From contig NMRA01000024.1 in NCBI GenBank assembly GCA_002633005.1, positions 637,803 to 701,802 on the forward strand: a stretch of 64,000 nucleotides of DNA. Direction: 5' to 3'. Source of the DNA: Phoronis australis. Its lineage: Eukaryota; Animalia; Phoronida. Positions 12,126 through 24,671 of the stretch are shown in pieces. The position numbers and the translations under genes were made by a program. The notes under the pieces are model-generated. The model had not been told where the DNA came from. It made no database searches and saw only the letters and a list, made by a program, of their open reading frames with translations. The stretch's first letter is position 1; each line of letters starts with the position of its first letter.

Positions 12126-15100
12126 TGTAAGCTCTTGACGTCCAGCCAGCGGATTTTTTTATCTATATCAATGCGTAAAACTTCTGCATTTTGTCTAGAA
12201 GCAGACAGCCAAATTAATATTATGCTTACCACCATGATCAGCGTCGTTCTTTCGTAGCCAAAATGTCGGGTCCAAATTTTCCGTTTTAGCTGTTCTCTTT
12301 ATAAGCTTGCGTTAAGGGATACCCGTTTGCTTATATTAAGTGAATTCAATGGAATGAAAGGGTGTTATACTATTAAACAAAACTGTTCATTGCTTCTCTT
12401 GTCTGAGAATCCGGTACGCTCACAGTAACCTGTTTGTTTATGCAGACAGCAAATGAATGTGCCAATATGAATATATCCGCTAACCCGGCAGTTTTTTTAC
12501 CCTAGTTGTCAATCTAACACTACGGCAATTATATTTTTATGGTGGGTGGGTGGGCTTAGAGGTTTTTTTATGAAAAACGTGCATGCTAACGACATTTGTA
12601 CAGCGTCACCAGGCGCCACAGTATTGTTTACCAACACAAAAGGCGTACTTGACAAGTTTAATCGAGCGTGATTCCAGCTTAGATCGTAAAAGTGGAAATT
12701 TCTTGAATTTTACACTCTAGTAGAATGGTACGTTATGAAATATTCTCACCCTAACCAATGTTTAATAAAACTGAACCAAAATGTCTCGAAAGACTGTCTC
12801 AAAAGACTGTCTCAATAGATACTATGTGTAATGCCTTTGGAGTGTTAAAGAGTGCAAATGTTTTGAGAAACCAACAATGAATAAATCATACTGCGTTACC
12901 GGCTTTAGATGCAATAAAACTAATTGACCGGGCACCCAAGGCTGTGTGAGCACATGCACTGTTTACTGACAGAAAGCTGTTGTGAAACAATTACTCGATT
13001 TTATATGCTGTAGTCAAACGTTAAAGGAATCTTTTATATACCATATTCGCATCACTGTTATTGTGCACCTTTTTTGCCCTGTGCGGTTCTGTGGAAGGGG
13101 AATCTGGTTTGCTGCCCCCGACGTAAGTAGATTTGCAATTTTTTTTTATTCACGTGTACATTATTTCTTTGGTTCACTAGTCTAGTCTTTTCGTGACTGG
13201 AAGTTTAATTTTCAACTTTGAAATGGCCACGCGCCTAATCGGGTTCCGAGCCACTGGGATACAACGACGTTTTGTGTGTTTAGAGCTGAAAATTTTCACA
13301 AGTCTAAAGTTACAACACAAGCTATGCTCTCCTGCCTGTATTTCACGGAAGAATAATTCTAATTTATCACCGCACAGATCCAAACTTCTCGAGACCGACA
13401 TCGGTAAGTTGGCCAACCGAACTTTGTAGGCTACGGTACGTTCAAAATTTCTAGAAATTCGTAACAGCGAAATAAAACAACTCGTTTGTTTAAAAACTAA
13501 ATGTATTTGTAAGGGTTTTGCATCGAATTTTGATGATTTTTATTAGTGTAAAGCGATGAAGTCAAGCAATAAGCTGACACCAGTAAGCGTGTTGTGAATT
13601 GCTGAACAGACTGTGTTAGAACCTAATATGACGTCGTCAGTTAATTTCAGCACCTCCGTCTGTCGTCTGGTGTCAGGTAAAAGAACTGAACTTGCTTGTC
13701 GTGCCTTTACTCCGGAAGTGACGTTTAGGGGGTTAAGAATTTCCCGCCATTTTGTTTTCATATAGTCTGTCTGTGTGACCTGTCGCTTGTGACAAGTTCG
13801 GTTGTCTTTTCGTTTGAGAATGAGGCAACCGAAGAACACGTGAAATGCCCAAAGGGCGACAGAAAATGTATCGTCGACACGGTCCTTGGGTTCTTCCGTC
13901 TGAAGTATATATGAGCATACATTAAAATATAGCGGATATCATTTGTATTCTGACAAACTAATCAACTGATATCTATCTAATATTTTTCAGAAAAAGTATT
14001 CGTCAAACAGAGTGACAGAAATGAAATTTCAAAAACATCGGCGATGGTGAATACGAACAAATCTGAAAAACACACACACCTTAGTTGACAAAGCTTTATC
14101 TGCTTATTTAGCGTTTACACTTGAGGGGGACAACAATAGTTTTTTCTCTGGCGATGGTGTGACCGCAAGAGGTTTATTTGGCAGAGATGTTAGCGACTGA
14201 AAATTACGAGAAGAGAAATTTTTAGACTGACTGCTAACCAAAGCTTGGTTGGCTTGTAGCGAGATTGGCAGATTTTGTTGACTATACGGTGGTGGCGAGA
14301 GGGTCGTCTCAGTTTTCTTTGAGTGCGAGAATTCTTCATTGACTTTATCTTGTGCTTTAGTTCCTGAGGTTAATGCTGTTGTTGTCGTACTTTGTTCATC
14401 GGCCAGAGTTTGTGACACTGTAGCTGTCGAAAGAGCTTGAGATTGGTGTATGTGACCATGTGATAGTCTGTTTCAGATTCGAAGGTCTGTCAGACGCCAT
14501 TTTCAGAGCTTCTTCGACATTAGATTGTGTCTTTAAAGCCTTATCCATTCACAGGAGTAAAAGATTAACTTAGTTGCCTACAATAAATCGCGTGACACGA
14601 TGTTTTGACTTACTGCTAACGTTCTTGACGCAAGCGTACGTGTACGCACAAATATTTCTATTCTAAGGGATGACAAAATCTTGAACAAATGAGCATTCCT
14701 AATACAAACGTAAATGATTCTTCCTTCTGTTCACTGAAAGCGCAAAGACGCGGCTGGTGAACACTATTTTTATTCAAATAACCTTTCATGTCATTTAACT
14801 GTTATTAAACTGGAAATATTGCAAGACTGTGTATCATCGATTAGCTAAGTTTGTCTCCTTTACGTTCGACATAATAAATTTAACTCATTCGTCCCTGATC
14901 CCGCCATATGGCGTGACTGTATTCACTCAGGGCCTGATGCCGTCTGGAGGCGTTATCTAAACAATGTATCTCACAGGCGGATCACGTCTTCAGGAGGGAT
15001 AGAAAGCAGCAACTTATTGGTTTAAGTTTAAATATATCTGTGGTATTCCCAGTTTTCTATCCAATGAGACACCAGACTCTGTATTAACTTACTTTTTGTA

Positions 15101-15429
15101 AAGTTGATGCCTATTGGCTGTTATTTCTGGACTTTAGAACCATTTCTTTACAAGCTAATTATCAATTCAAGGAAAAACCAGGGAGCATGATAACTTTGTA
15201 ATGGTTGTTGTAACTTTTGAATGATAGAGATGTTCTTCCAAGAAATATAGTATGTTTGCTTGAGTTGAAGACTAGATTGAAGCTAATTTCTCTGAGTTTG
15301 AGTCTAATTGTTATTACATAACACTGCTGTCACCACTTAATTATCTGTTAGAGCGCCCCTTGTTTATTTTGTTGGAACTGACCAGATTACAATAACAAAA
15401 TGTCCAGTTACTGGGAACATTCTACTCAT

Positions 15430-15945
15430 ATGCTTTGACAATTATTTAGATGTAATCGACAATATAAATGTTAGATCGGATATGGTACGATTAAGATGTT
15501 CAGCGCATGCACTAATGATTGATAAGGGTAGACACTAGAAACTTAGAAGACCAGAAGTGTTATGCCCTCTCTATGTTAGGACATGTGTCGAGTCAGAATA
15601 TCATTTTGTTACCGAATGTCCATTCTACGATGACCTTAGGAAACGGTATTTGCCTGCATGGAACTACAAAAATCCCAATGTTACAAAATTCAACACACTG
15701 ATGACTATGGAGGAAAAAGATCGTATATGGTCAACATGTAAATATGTTCATTTGGCATTCAAGCGAAGAAGAGCTCGTGTTACTGTTAGTGTTAGACACT
15801 TACCTGCATTGTATTTGATGATCAGATTGTAACAAGGGCCGGAGGCCTAGTTATATGTCATAGTTTTACACCAGCACCCCTGTAATGCGGTTCAGCGTGT
15901 TGTAGTCTTACTTTAACATCACTGTTCCACTCAATAAAACCATTT
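15430..15945 (+). mobile_element. 3' fragment of a non-LTR retrotransposon (RTEX/L2-like C-terminus)
   Basis: NYLDVI...RLRCSAHALMIDKGRH*...LCPL...ESEYHFVTECPFYDDLRKRYLP; then gggccggaggcct and AATAAA near 15933. Confidence 0.7.
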
Positions 15946-16097
15946 AAAATATAATGGAAGTCGGAACATTGTTCCTGGCAAAAGCACAGAAACAAAATAG
16001 TAGAAACCAATATTTTCTCAGTCCTTAAGCCCCGGCTACGTTCGAGAACCTAGCAATCACAGTTAGGCTCCCGAAGACACCCGAAGGAACACAGCGG

Positions 16098-16240
16098 CAT
16101 GGGCGGCCCAGCACTGAAAAAAGTGGGGGGCTAAAGCCCCCTCAGCCCCCCTGTGGTGCACTAACCATAAACCACGTGCGGCGTAGCAATGAAAAAAGTG
16201 AGGGCTATAGCCCCCAGCCCCCTATGGTGCGCCGCCCATG
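16098..16240. mobile_element. MITE with CATGGGCGGC TIRs and a near-perfect 5-bp TSD
   Basis: catgggcggc...gccgcccatg; flanks agcgg / agtgg; internal direct repeat. Confidence 0.7.
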
Positions 16241-17577
16241 AGTGGCCATTCACTGCATTACTGTGTACTACATAGGTATCCCTTAAAGGCACTATTTCCG
16301 CTTCATTTTTGTCAAAAACTTCATGAAACGGATCTTTACGCAAACACTTTTATTCGAAACCTAAGCCCAAATAATAGCCTTCGCCATGGCATCGAATTTT
16401 TTTATAATGAACTGAATTTAATATAGATTTTTTTAGCTTAATTTTTCATTTTGTGTGGCGCACCAAAAAATAAATGGATGCCGGACGAAGTGTCAATCGA
16501 AGATTCGAGTGTCGAACATGAACTTGGAGTTTCGGTTAATCTCAAGATCGTATACAGGCCTACGTGAACTCGGGATACCCACTCAAATAATCACGTTCAA
16601 GCTACTATAATTAGTTAACGGGTGAAATAAGTGATTTTGGAACCAATAATTACAGAAATTTGCTACATTGAACAAAATATTCACCAAATTTCTTTAATGT
16701 GTATTTAATTAAGAGCTCACGCTTACGCGATCTTCAGATTAAGCAAAATTCAAGTTCACGCATACCAAACAAATAATAGCAGGCGTTCGGTATAAGATAG
16801 GTCGTCCTCCGTTGAAAAGGCTTGCTAATCGTCCTCAAGTTGACTATTATCGCCGTAAAGTTTGAAATGAAGATCAGTTTGGATGCTGGACTTATCTGCG
16901 ATCCCAGATGGCTGTTACACGGTTTCAGTAAGGAAAGATTTTGCTCGACAGGTAAGTCGTCAACGGATGTCTGAGGCGCACTTGTTACAGCTATGCTAAC
17001 CATAAAGTTTTCAGAATGTTATGGTAGATTTATTTTACTGCCTAACAGTAATAGAGCACACCGACATTACAATATTCCTGTAGTAAAATCCTTGGTGTCT
17101 TTGACTGAGTATTTTTTGCGTTATTTTACTGTTTTAGTTGTTTAGCCCTCGGGCTCGGTTTCGTCCACTTGTGTCGTGGATTAATTTGAGCAAACAAAGA
17201 AGCCACATTTACAAGTGTTTCTCATGTAAAAGTAAGGGGACTCGAGGTAAGGGCTGTTGAAACGAATAAAGATTTGTTGTGTCATTGTGTGATCTAAGGC
17301 ATAACAGCAATCCTGACTGACAGTCTATACAGCCTGTTGTAGTGCTAGTCTTGATACTCTAGCAGCCCTACACAACTAACTAGTCTTGTGGTTGTTTATG
17401 TTGACTGGCAGTCTATGCATGTAACCAGTTAGTCCTACTTTTGATACTCTCTGCAAGGCTAACTGTGTAGTCTTGTGGTTGTATACAGGACATGCTGATA
17501 GTCAATACACCCTGCCAGTGGTAGTCTGGATATTCCCAAATTGGTGGTTTGTATAAATGTTATTTGTTGTTCTTCAG

Positions 17578-19960
17578 GGCGTTGCACCAGTCATGACAGA
17601 CAAGCATGAGTGGACTGCTCCACTGACAACTGCCATTACTTTCAACTTGCATAGCAGGGAGTTACTAGAAGGTGCTGATGGTCATCTGACCATGATGCAT
17701 TCAAAAGAACCCAACATTGCTGAAGAATGCTTCATCATCAACAGCAGGTACCTATTCTAGCTTCGGATAATGGCACATTATAGCATTCTGTAATGTTAAC
17801 AGCAACAGAAAGTGTATTGTTTTTACCAAGGTATCAGCAGCCAATTGCCATCTCACGTTAACATGGATTTGATTTTATGTTGTAGAACAAGAGATGTATT
17901 GGGAATTTTCAACCTGCTGATTCTTATGTACTCTGGCAAGCGTTTTGCTACTCTCAAGGCCTGGTCTACCGGCTTACCAGAATTCTGCTAGCTATCAAGG
18001 ATCACAGCAGGCCAGTCCTGGAAGATGAAGCTGGCAATGCAAGGTAATTAATATAGCTGCGCCAAACATGCATTTTGGCTACTGGTGTGGCCACGACTCA
18101 GTATTCAACAAGGGTTTAAAACTAAATTGTAAGTGGCCATTAGCGGGGTAGTGCTAAAATGAGTGATAATTTAGGACTCTGCTAGAAACAAAGGGGCAAA
18201 CACAAAATTGAGATGAGAAGACGTGGGAAGGCCTTTTCTGCAATGAACAAGCCATGCCACGTCCTGTTATGTCCCCAAGGCTACATCAGTGCAGCTTATG
18301 ACAAAAAGACCACCTGCAATGCTTACAAGAAAGTTGAATTTGATTGTTCCTTGAATGGGAGATGATTTAAATAACCAAAAATTGTGACATATGAATTAAA
18401 AATGTCCGAGTGTGCTCCACATGTCCTGTGTGGGTGTGCATTGTGTGTTTATTTTCATCCATGCAATGTTTCCTTGTCCATACCTATGTCGCATGATATC
18501 TCAAGAACAGTGCTGTAGTGGGGCGTAGGCGCAGCCAACCACCTTTTGGCATTTGAAGGTAGCGCTTACGCACCGTACAGTGCTCAAGGTGATACGGTGG
18601 GCTTTTGGCACCTACTTACCACAAATTTTACCACTTCAGCACTGCTCAAGAAGGAAGTTTTGTTTGTATTTTGTGCTGAAGTTTAGATGACAGCCTTGAC
18701 TTTGAATTCACGGTCACATTTAGAAAATCAAGATTTTACTTGGAAAACATTTGCCCATGCAATTTTGTGTATTTACACAAAGGTGTAGGTGGCCTATCTC
18801 CAGGTGTTAGTCACATTTTGAAGGTCACAATATGCAATTACATAGCCCTGAATGCCGCATCTAACCCAGCAACCAACCAAGGGGTTACGTGTTGCCTAAG
18901 GTCACTGTAGCGTTTTCATTTCATTGACCTAATAGACATGAAAATACATCAGTTATTTTTGTGTTCACAAAGGTTGAGAGAGGCTTTCATTAAGATTGGT
19001 TTCAAAATCATTACCATTTAAAATTATGAAAGCCTTAAGTTTAAAACTATCACATCCTGATAGGCATAGCAGTGACACAGCTTTGAAAATTGGGTGGCCT
19101 TCGGTCCTGGGCGGCAGCCCCAGGTGCAGGCCTTCATCTAGGTGGCATCTAGGGTGTCCAACTACACAACCCGACGTAAATTTAGACACATTAGGTAGGT
19201 TGCCCTATTTAGCTTTTGGACGCCCAAGTAAAGTGTACCATTTTTTAGCTAACAACAGCCCTGGAAGCTAACTGTCCTGGCCGAATAAGAAAGTTAAGAC
19301 ATGGTGTAAGATGGGATAGACTTTATTACAGACCACAGTAACATTCCACACCATAACAGCGATTTGACTTAAGGTCATAGAAATAGTCAAGAGTCATTGG
19401 TCATAGATGCCTTCATTAATTAGAAAACTAACTCATGTTGAACGCCCTATTCTTTAAATCGTTTATGAACCACCTGCTAAATGCTAATATGTGGTGGGGA
19501 ACAATTCAGCCACCCTGTGACAAATGCTGTTATTTGTATTGTTTTTTCTTCTTGAAAGGTGTGAAACTCTAATCACTTAATTAACTATATGTAGTATATT
19601 TTTATATTTTGAATAACGAAAACATGTTATCCAGTGTTTGAAACAACTTCGAAAAAGTTTCTATAACACTGAAAGAGGTGCATAATGTACTAATTGTTTG
19701 AAGAGTTTCATATGTTTCACACTCTTCATGTTTCAGGGTAAATCAATGCTGCTGCATTCATTTTCGTGTCTGGCACTGACATTGAAACAATTGTTATTAT
19801 TTCTAGGGGAGCAACTTATCTTCAACAAGAAGAGCAGGAGATGGTTGTCCATTCTGGTGAAGGCTTCTAAGAGCTATGACGAGCTGATGATTGTGAAAAC
19901 CCGGTTAAAAGACATGTCTGACATGCACTGCTTCCATGAACATAAAAGCAAAATGACTCC
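17578..19960 (+). pseudogene. Kolobok transposase C-terminal pseudo-exons (about 17578-17747, 17886-18043, 19807-19960)
   Basis: GVAPVMTDKHEW; FNLLILMYSGKRFA..VYR..RILLAIKDH..RP; FNKKSRRW...VKASKSYD. These match the family C-terminus as I recall it. AG/GT-bounded blocks with frameshifts. Confidence 0.7.
18508..18644. mobile_element. hAT-type MITE with 8-bp TSD
   Basis: TIR cagtgctgtagtgg / ccacttcagcactg; TSD CTCAAGAA at 18500-18507 and 18645-18652. Confidence 0.85.
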
Positions 19961-21469
19961 CGCTTGTTGTCTGACAACATTGCCGTCTTCGAATGATTGC
20001 CATCAGTAGAAGTCAATGCGTCAGAGAAGCTGCCTGACAGAGGTTATTTAAGATGATATGGCAACTGGGTGTTATTCAGTTAGTTTGTTGCAGAGGATCA
20101 TCTGGTACTACAGTTTGGTTTATAGTCATGATACATCCAGTTATGCAGAAGTTAACATGTTCAGTCAGGCCATCGACCTTCAAACTCTGCCATGGGCAGT
20201 TTGTGTAGTGTCAATTTGGAAACTGTCAAGGCTTGTAATTTTCCTCTTTTAAGAGGATTTACTCTCTTTTGGTTTTGATTTCCTCTTATTATATTTCCAA
20301 TTTCCTCTTTATGTCTCTTTTTTGATCATTATTTTGACTTCTATACCAAAAGTCCCTAGTATTAATTTGTGGAATGATACATCACCTGTCAATGATCAGT
20401 CCAAGCCCTGAACCTTAACTTTGTGCAAACAATTTCTTTATGGAGCGTTTGGTTTACAGAAACACTTTCTACATGGTGAGTAAGATACAACTGGTAATAC
20501 CAGTTTAACTTGTATTACCATTGGATAGTTTTCTTGATTCTTAATTATTTTCTCAGCCAAATGTGTAGTCAGTGGTTTGTCTTCAGGTGGGTCATAGAGA
20601 GGCGGATATTTGTATACAAGGGTCACCATAAAGCTTCTGTGTTACGTAAAATTATGTTTTTAGTGATGTTTTACTGCTTAGGCAATTCACATTCATATTA
20701 AAACCTGCATTTAGAAATCTTGAATTTGAGAGTGATGGTGTTGAACATTACAATATATATTTTGAATGGCTATGCTGTTGGGTTAGAGGTTGTGCTTGTA
20801 AGTAAGGTGTGTTACATGAGTAGCAGATTACTCGCGATTGGTCATTGCAAAAGCTATAGAACTTTTAATCAGAAAATGTTGCAACTTCTGATTATGGGCC
20901 ATGGCCAAACAACCAGGAGACTATGTCTATTGAAAGGACATCTTGTTTTGTTAATTTTGTCCAATCATCTTTCTGTCACCTGCTAATGCATCATTGGCGT
21001 TAATCAGGAAAGACAAAAGCAGGAATCAACTAAAAACTCATACCCCTATCTCACAAATTAGACATTGTGCTCCTTGGTCGGTGGCCTTTCCCACAGTTGC
21101 ATGCAATTTGCTAAAAGCGTACGTCATGCTTTTACTGTTTAGCAGACGTTGAAATTTTTTTTGAAAATTTCCTCCAAGTTTTGAGGGTTTTCGATGGTTA
21201 CAGAGCATTAATTTGTTGCAGAGAACTAGGTGGGAAGTCGATTTTAGTATTTTACTTTATTTTGAAAAGTTAATCCATTACTGGTTTTTCGAAATTGGGG
21301 CCGTTGCCCTACATGACCGTAACTAATTTAAGAATGCTCTAGGTTCTTGTTGCAAGTTAAAATCCAAATGGACTTTCTATACTAGACTAAGAAATAAAAA
21401 GTTCACTCTGACAGTTGTGCTTTCATCTCGCAAAGTAACAATTGTGCACAAGCAGGTTTCAGTGCTCAG

Positions 21470-23332
21470 CTACAATTGTTGTGTAGCCTGTATGTCCCAA
21501 TAAAGTCTGTGAATATTTTTGTCCAAACACAACTGTGCAACTCTGTCCACATGTCTCCCAAGATGTCCATGTTGCCCCAAGATAAAGTTTCTGTATGCCT
21601 GATATCAGTTAGACGCATTCTAATCAGTCTCTGGCTTCAGTGTCATCACATTTCGTTGCAGCTTGTCTAAGGCAAGTACACCTTCTCCAGGCAAAACACT
21701 TGGAAATCCTGAAAGCATTGGTAAAATACATTATCGTGCGGTTTCGCATTACTGTAGATTTGATAAGGAACATTTGTCTAAATGAATTATGTACAACAAC
21801 AACTGGTTGATTGGGGTTGACATCCTATATTGGACAATCAAAACGTATAGAATTATTTTCATTATTGCAGACTGAACTCACCAATATTTTTGTAAATTGA
21901 CATTTGGTTGGTTTTGGATGGGATTTGCTACTGAGATTTGATTTGAGTTCTTGGCCAAAGATTTGTTTTTCTTCAAAAAGTGATATGAATTGTGTGGCTG
22001 TATATCTGTTTTAACCAATTGAAGACTCAAAACTAAAGTAGCTATAGGAGTCTTTGAGGTCCTGGTGACATTAATATGAATCACCTTAAAAATGAAAAAG
22101 AGCAGACCAAAAAAGTACTAAACAATTTTGTAAAATGTTCCCCACTGATATATGTAGTCAATACTAAAAACTTTGTAGTGATTAAATTTTTAAATAACGG
22201 TTTAGTGAATACTTACAGGTAATAATGAAACGCAGTTAGCAGATTGCTTCCCACAGCACACTTTTATTTCTGGTTGGCATTTCTTGACACCTGTGACACG
22301 GGCACCATGATGGATCTTCTGATGGTGCTGGGTAATGATCCAGTGAAGTGACCTCTGGTAGCCTAAATTCTAGACGCGGGGGTCTTACTTGGCGACATCC
22401 AACATTAGGTCTCTCAATTCCTTCTTTTATTCATGCGACAGATTCGACCCTGAAGTGAGAGTAATTCAGTGACAACATTCACAGTAATGAGAACAATTTT
22501 CATAACTTTTGTTTGTATTGTTGTATGATTTATTTGCCAACAAGTACAAAGACAACCACTGTATGTCTATCAGATTGGAAATCTTCTACTGGTTTAGGAT
22601 TGGGTTTTGGATTAATTCATAGGCGGATTTAGGGGGGGGACAGGGGGCTCGGACCCGATCGTATCAGGGGACCTGCATAAACGCCTTCTCATCTTTTTGT
22701 TTTTTTAGTCCACTGTTAGCTTTGAAGTACGAGGACCAGAAATTCGAGCAACCCAATTTTTCGGGCTGGGTTCTCGCATTCAATTGTAAACCACACTTGC
22801 CCAAAACAAAATGTTGCCCCCCCCTTATGGTATCCTCGATCCGCCAATGTAATTTAGAGATGCAGCCATGGAATCGTTTCTACCCCATGCACTAGGTTCA
22901 GAGCTCTATAATTGCAAACCCATGCAGTCCCAGGGCCTGGAAATTGAACATCACAGTGTCACGCAGGAAACTTATTTTTCGTAAGCAACTGATATCGTGC
23001 ACCTCCGAGTTGCACATAATCTCCCAGAAGAGGAAACGTTAACAACCAAGCTCGACGAAGTCATGAATCACTAAGACTCGATTGCAGGTTTAAAATTGAA
23101 CACAAGCCTGTATATTATGTAATATAGACAAGTACACGGATACGTCGATTTCGAATGACTCGGGATAGCGACAGAAATAGTTGAGAGAACCGAGGTTCAG
23201 AACAAATTAATCTTGTTGTTTACGAGTAAGAATCAAGCTGTGATTTCCAAATGTTTGTACATTCCGATTTCTTGTTTAGCTGGCAAGAAGTCCCAAAACA
23301 ACTAACTCACCTCGACCGCTTGTGCTTGACAT
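21470..23332 (-). pseudogene. KolX / P2X7 C-terminal-like Cys-rich gene remnant (exons about 23311-23332, 22217-22449, 21470-21708)
   Basis: WCPCHRCQEMPT..KVCCGKQSANCVSLLP followed by gtaagt; then YQAYRNFILGQHGHLGR..SCTVV...HTGY; candidate first exon MSSTSGR followed by gtgagt. Confidence 0.75.
22618..22849. mobile_element. MITE with CATAGGCGGAT TIRs and 5-bp TSD TAATT
   Basis: cataggcggat...atccgccaatg; TAATT at 22613-22617 and 22850-22854. Confidence 0.8.
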
Positions 23333-24481
23333 GTTTCTCTTCCGTCAGCTGATTCGTGTGCATTATGGGTAATCTCTCCACTGGCAACCCCGCATAAATA
23401 ATGAGGTTTGGCTGAAGGTCCGCCCACTTTTTATAAATTTAAAAAAATTAATAGTAAAATAACGAGAGTATGTACATGGCTGTAATTTACGAAAAGAGTT
23501 AATTTTAGTGATGTCTTTCGATTGGCAAAGCTCAATTTGTGATCTAAGCAGGCGAAAGTAAAGGAAATAGTGACTTTAACCAACCGATTGAATTTTAATG
23601 TTTTAAAGTAATATTTTTTTACAAAACGGCGGCAGAAACTGAGGCTATGCTACAAAAGGAAAACCGTAAAACTTACGCACGCTAATGTTAAATGGCGGCC
23701 GAGGCAAAAACTTCAGTCTACATGTTGATCGCTGCAAAGTTGGCCCCTTTTTACGAGATACCGTTCAGCGTTCTCTATAAATAAGGCGTCAACACTTTGA
23801 ACTTGGAGACAAGTCACTTCAAAGTGAAAACTAGTACAGGTAGGCCAAACTGACCGTTTTTATTGAATACTCAGTTCACCAGAATTGCGTTTTAGACGTC
23901 GGAATTTTCACATTGTTCCAAATGTATTTAAAGTGGGAAGTATTTTCTCCCCGTCCTGTTTGTTGACGATTTCATTTTCGTGGTCAGTTGTTCGAACGTC
24001 TACGAATGGGTGCCCAGTTGAAAGAGTTGACGACGTCAAGTTCAGTGCCAGTTCCAAACCAAGAGTCGTTGTTCAAAGACGCGGGCACTTTATTTTGTGT
24101 GCCTTGAAAACATTGCATCGCGCAGGGTGTGAGGAAAAGGCTGAAAAAGCGGTCAGCTTTGTGCTTATATCTTCGCAAAGTCGTATGCATCTCTTTCAAT
24201 TCTGGCACCAGTTGCTTCTTTGTGTTGTTCGCTTGTTGTGTACGTGAAATCATTGAAGTCCTACAAGGTGATGTTCACCTCTGACATTACGGGGACCGAC
24301 AGTGTCCACAATACTCGCCGCTCTTCTGCCATCTTACTGCCATGAGTCAAGCCGCCTGTGCTTTTTAGCGATCGCATTTAGTAATTTGTTGAATGGCTAG
24401 ATCTCAGCTGAGGCCTGTCCAAAACTGGTTTGTTCTCCGAATCACATGAAACCCATTTTTGAACCTTCGCATACATATCTG

Positions 24482-24671
24482 CAGTGGCGGATTTAGAGGG
24501 GGACCAAGGGAGCCATGGCCCCCCTAAAATTCTCCCAGATTCCATTAGGCAGTTCGGATGTGCGAATGTCTGTCGGGCAAAATCCTGGCTAATATGCTGC
24601 CCTGCCCCCCNTCCTGGCTAATACTCTGCCTTGCCCCCCCCCCCTAACTCAAAATCCTGGATCCGCCCCTG
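24482..24671. mobile_element. MITE with CAGTGGCGGAT TIRs and 5-bp TSD ATCTG
   Basis: cagtggcggat...atccgcccctg; ATCTG at 24477-24481 and 24672-24676. Confidence 0.82.

Larger units (their letters stand above)
16287..23575 (+). mobile_element. Kolobok-type DNA transposon with decayed transposase (+) and KolX (-)
   Basis: TTAA at 16283-16286 and 23576-23579; TIR AGGCACTATTTCC versus reverse complement AGTCACTATTTCC (12/13); convergent transposase-like and Cys-rich KolX-like pseudo-exons inside. Confidence 0.8.
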
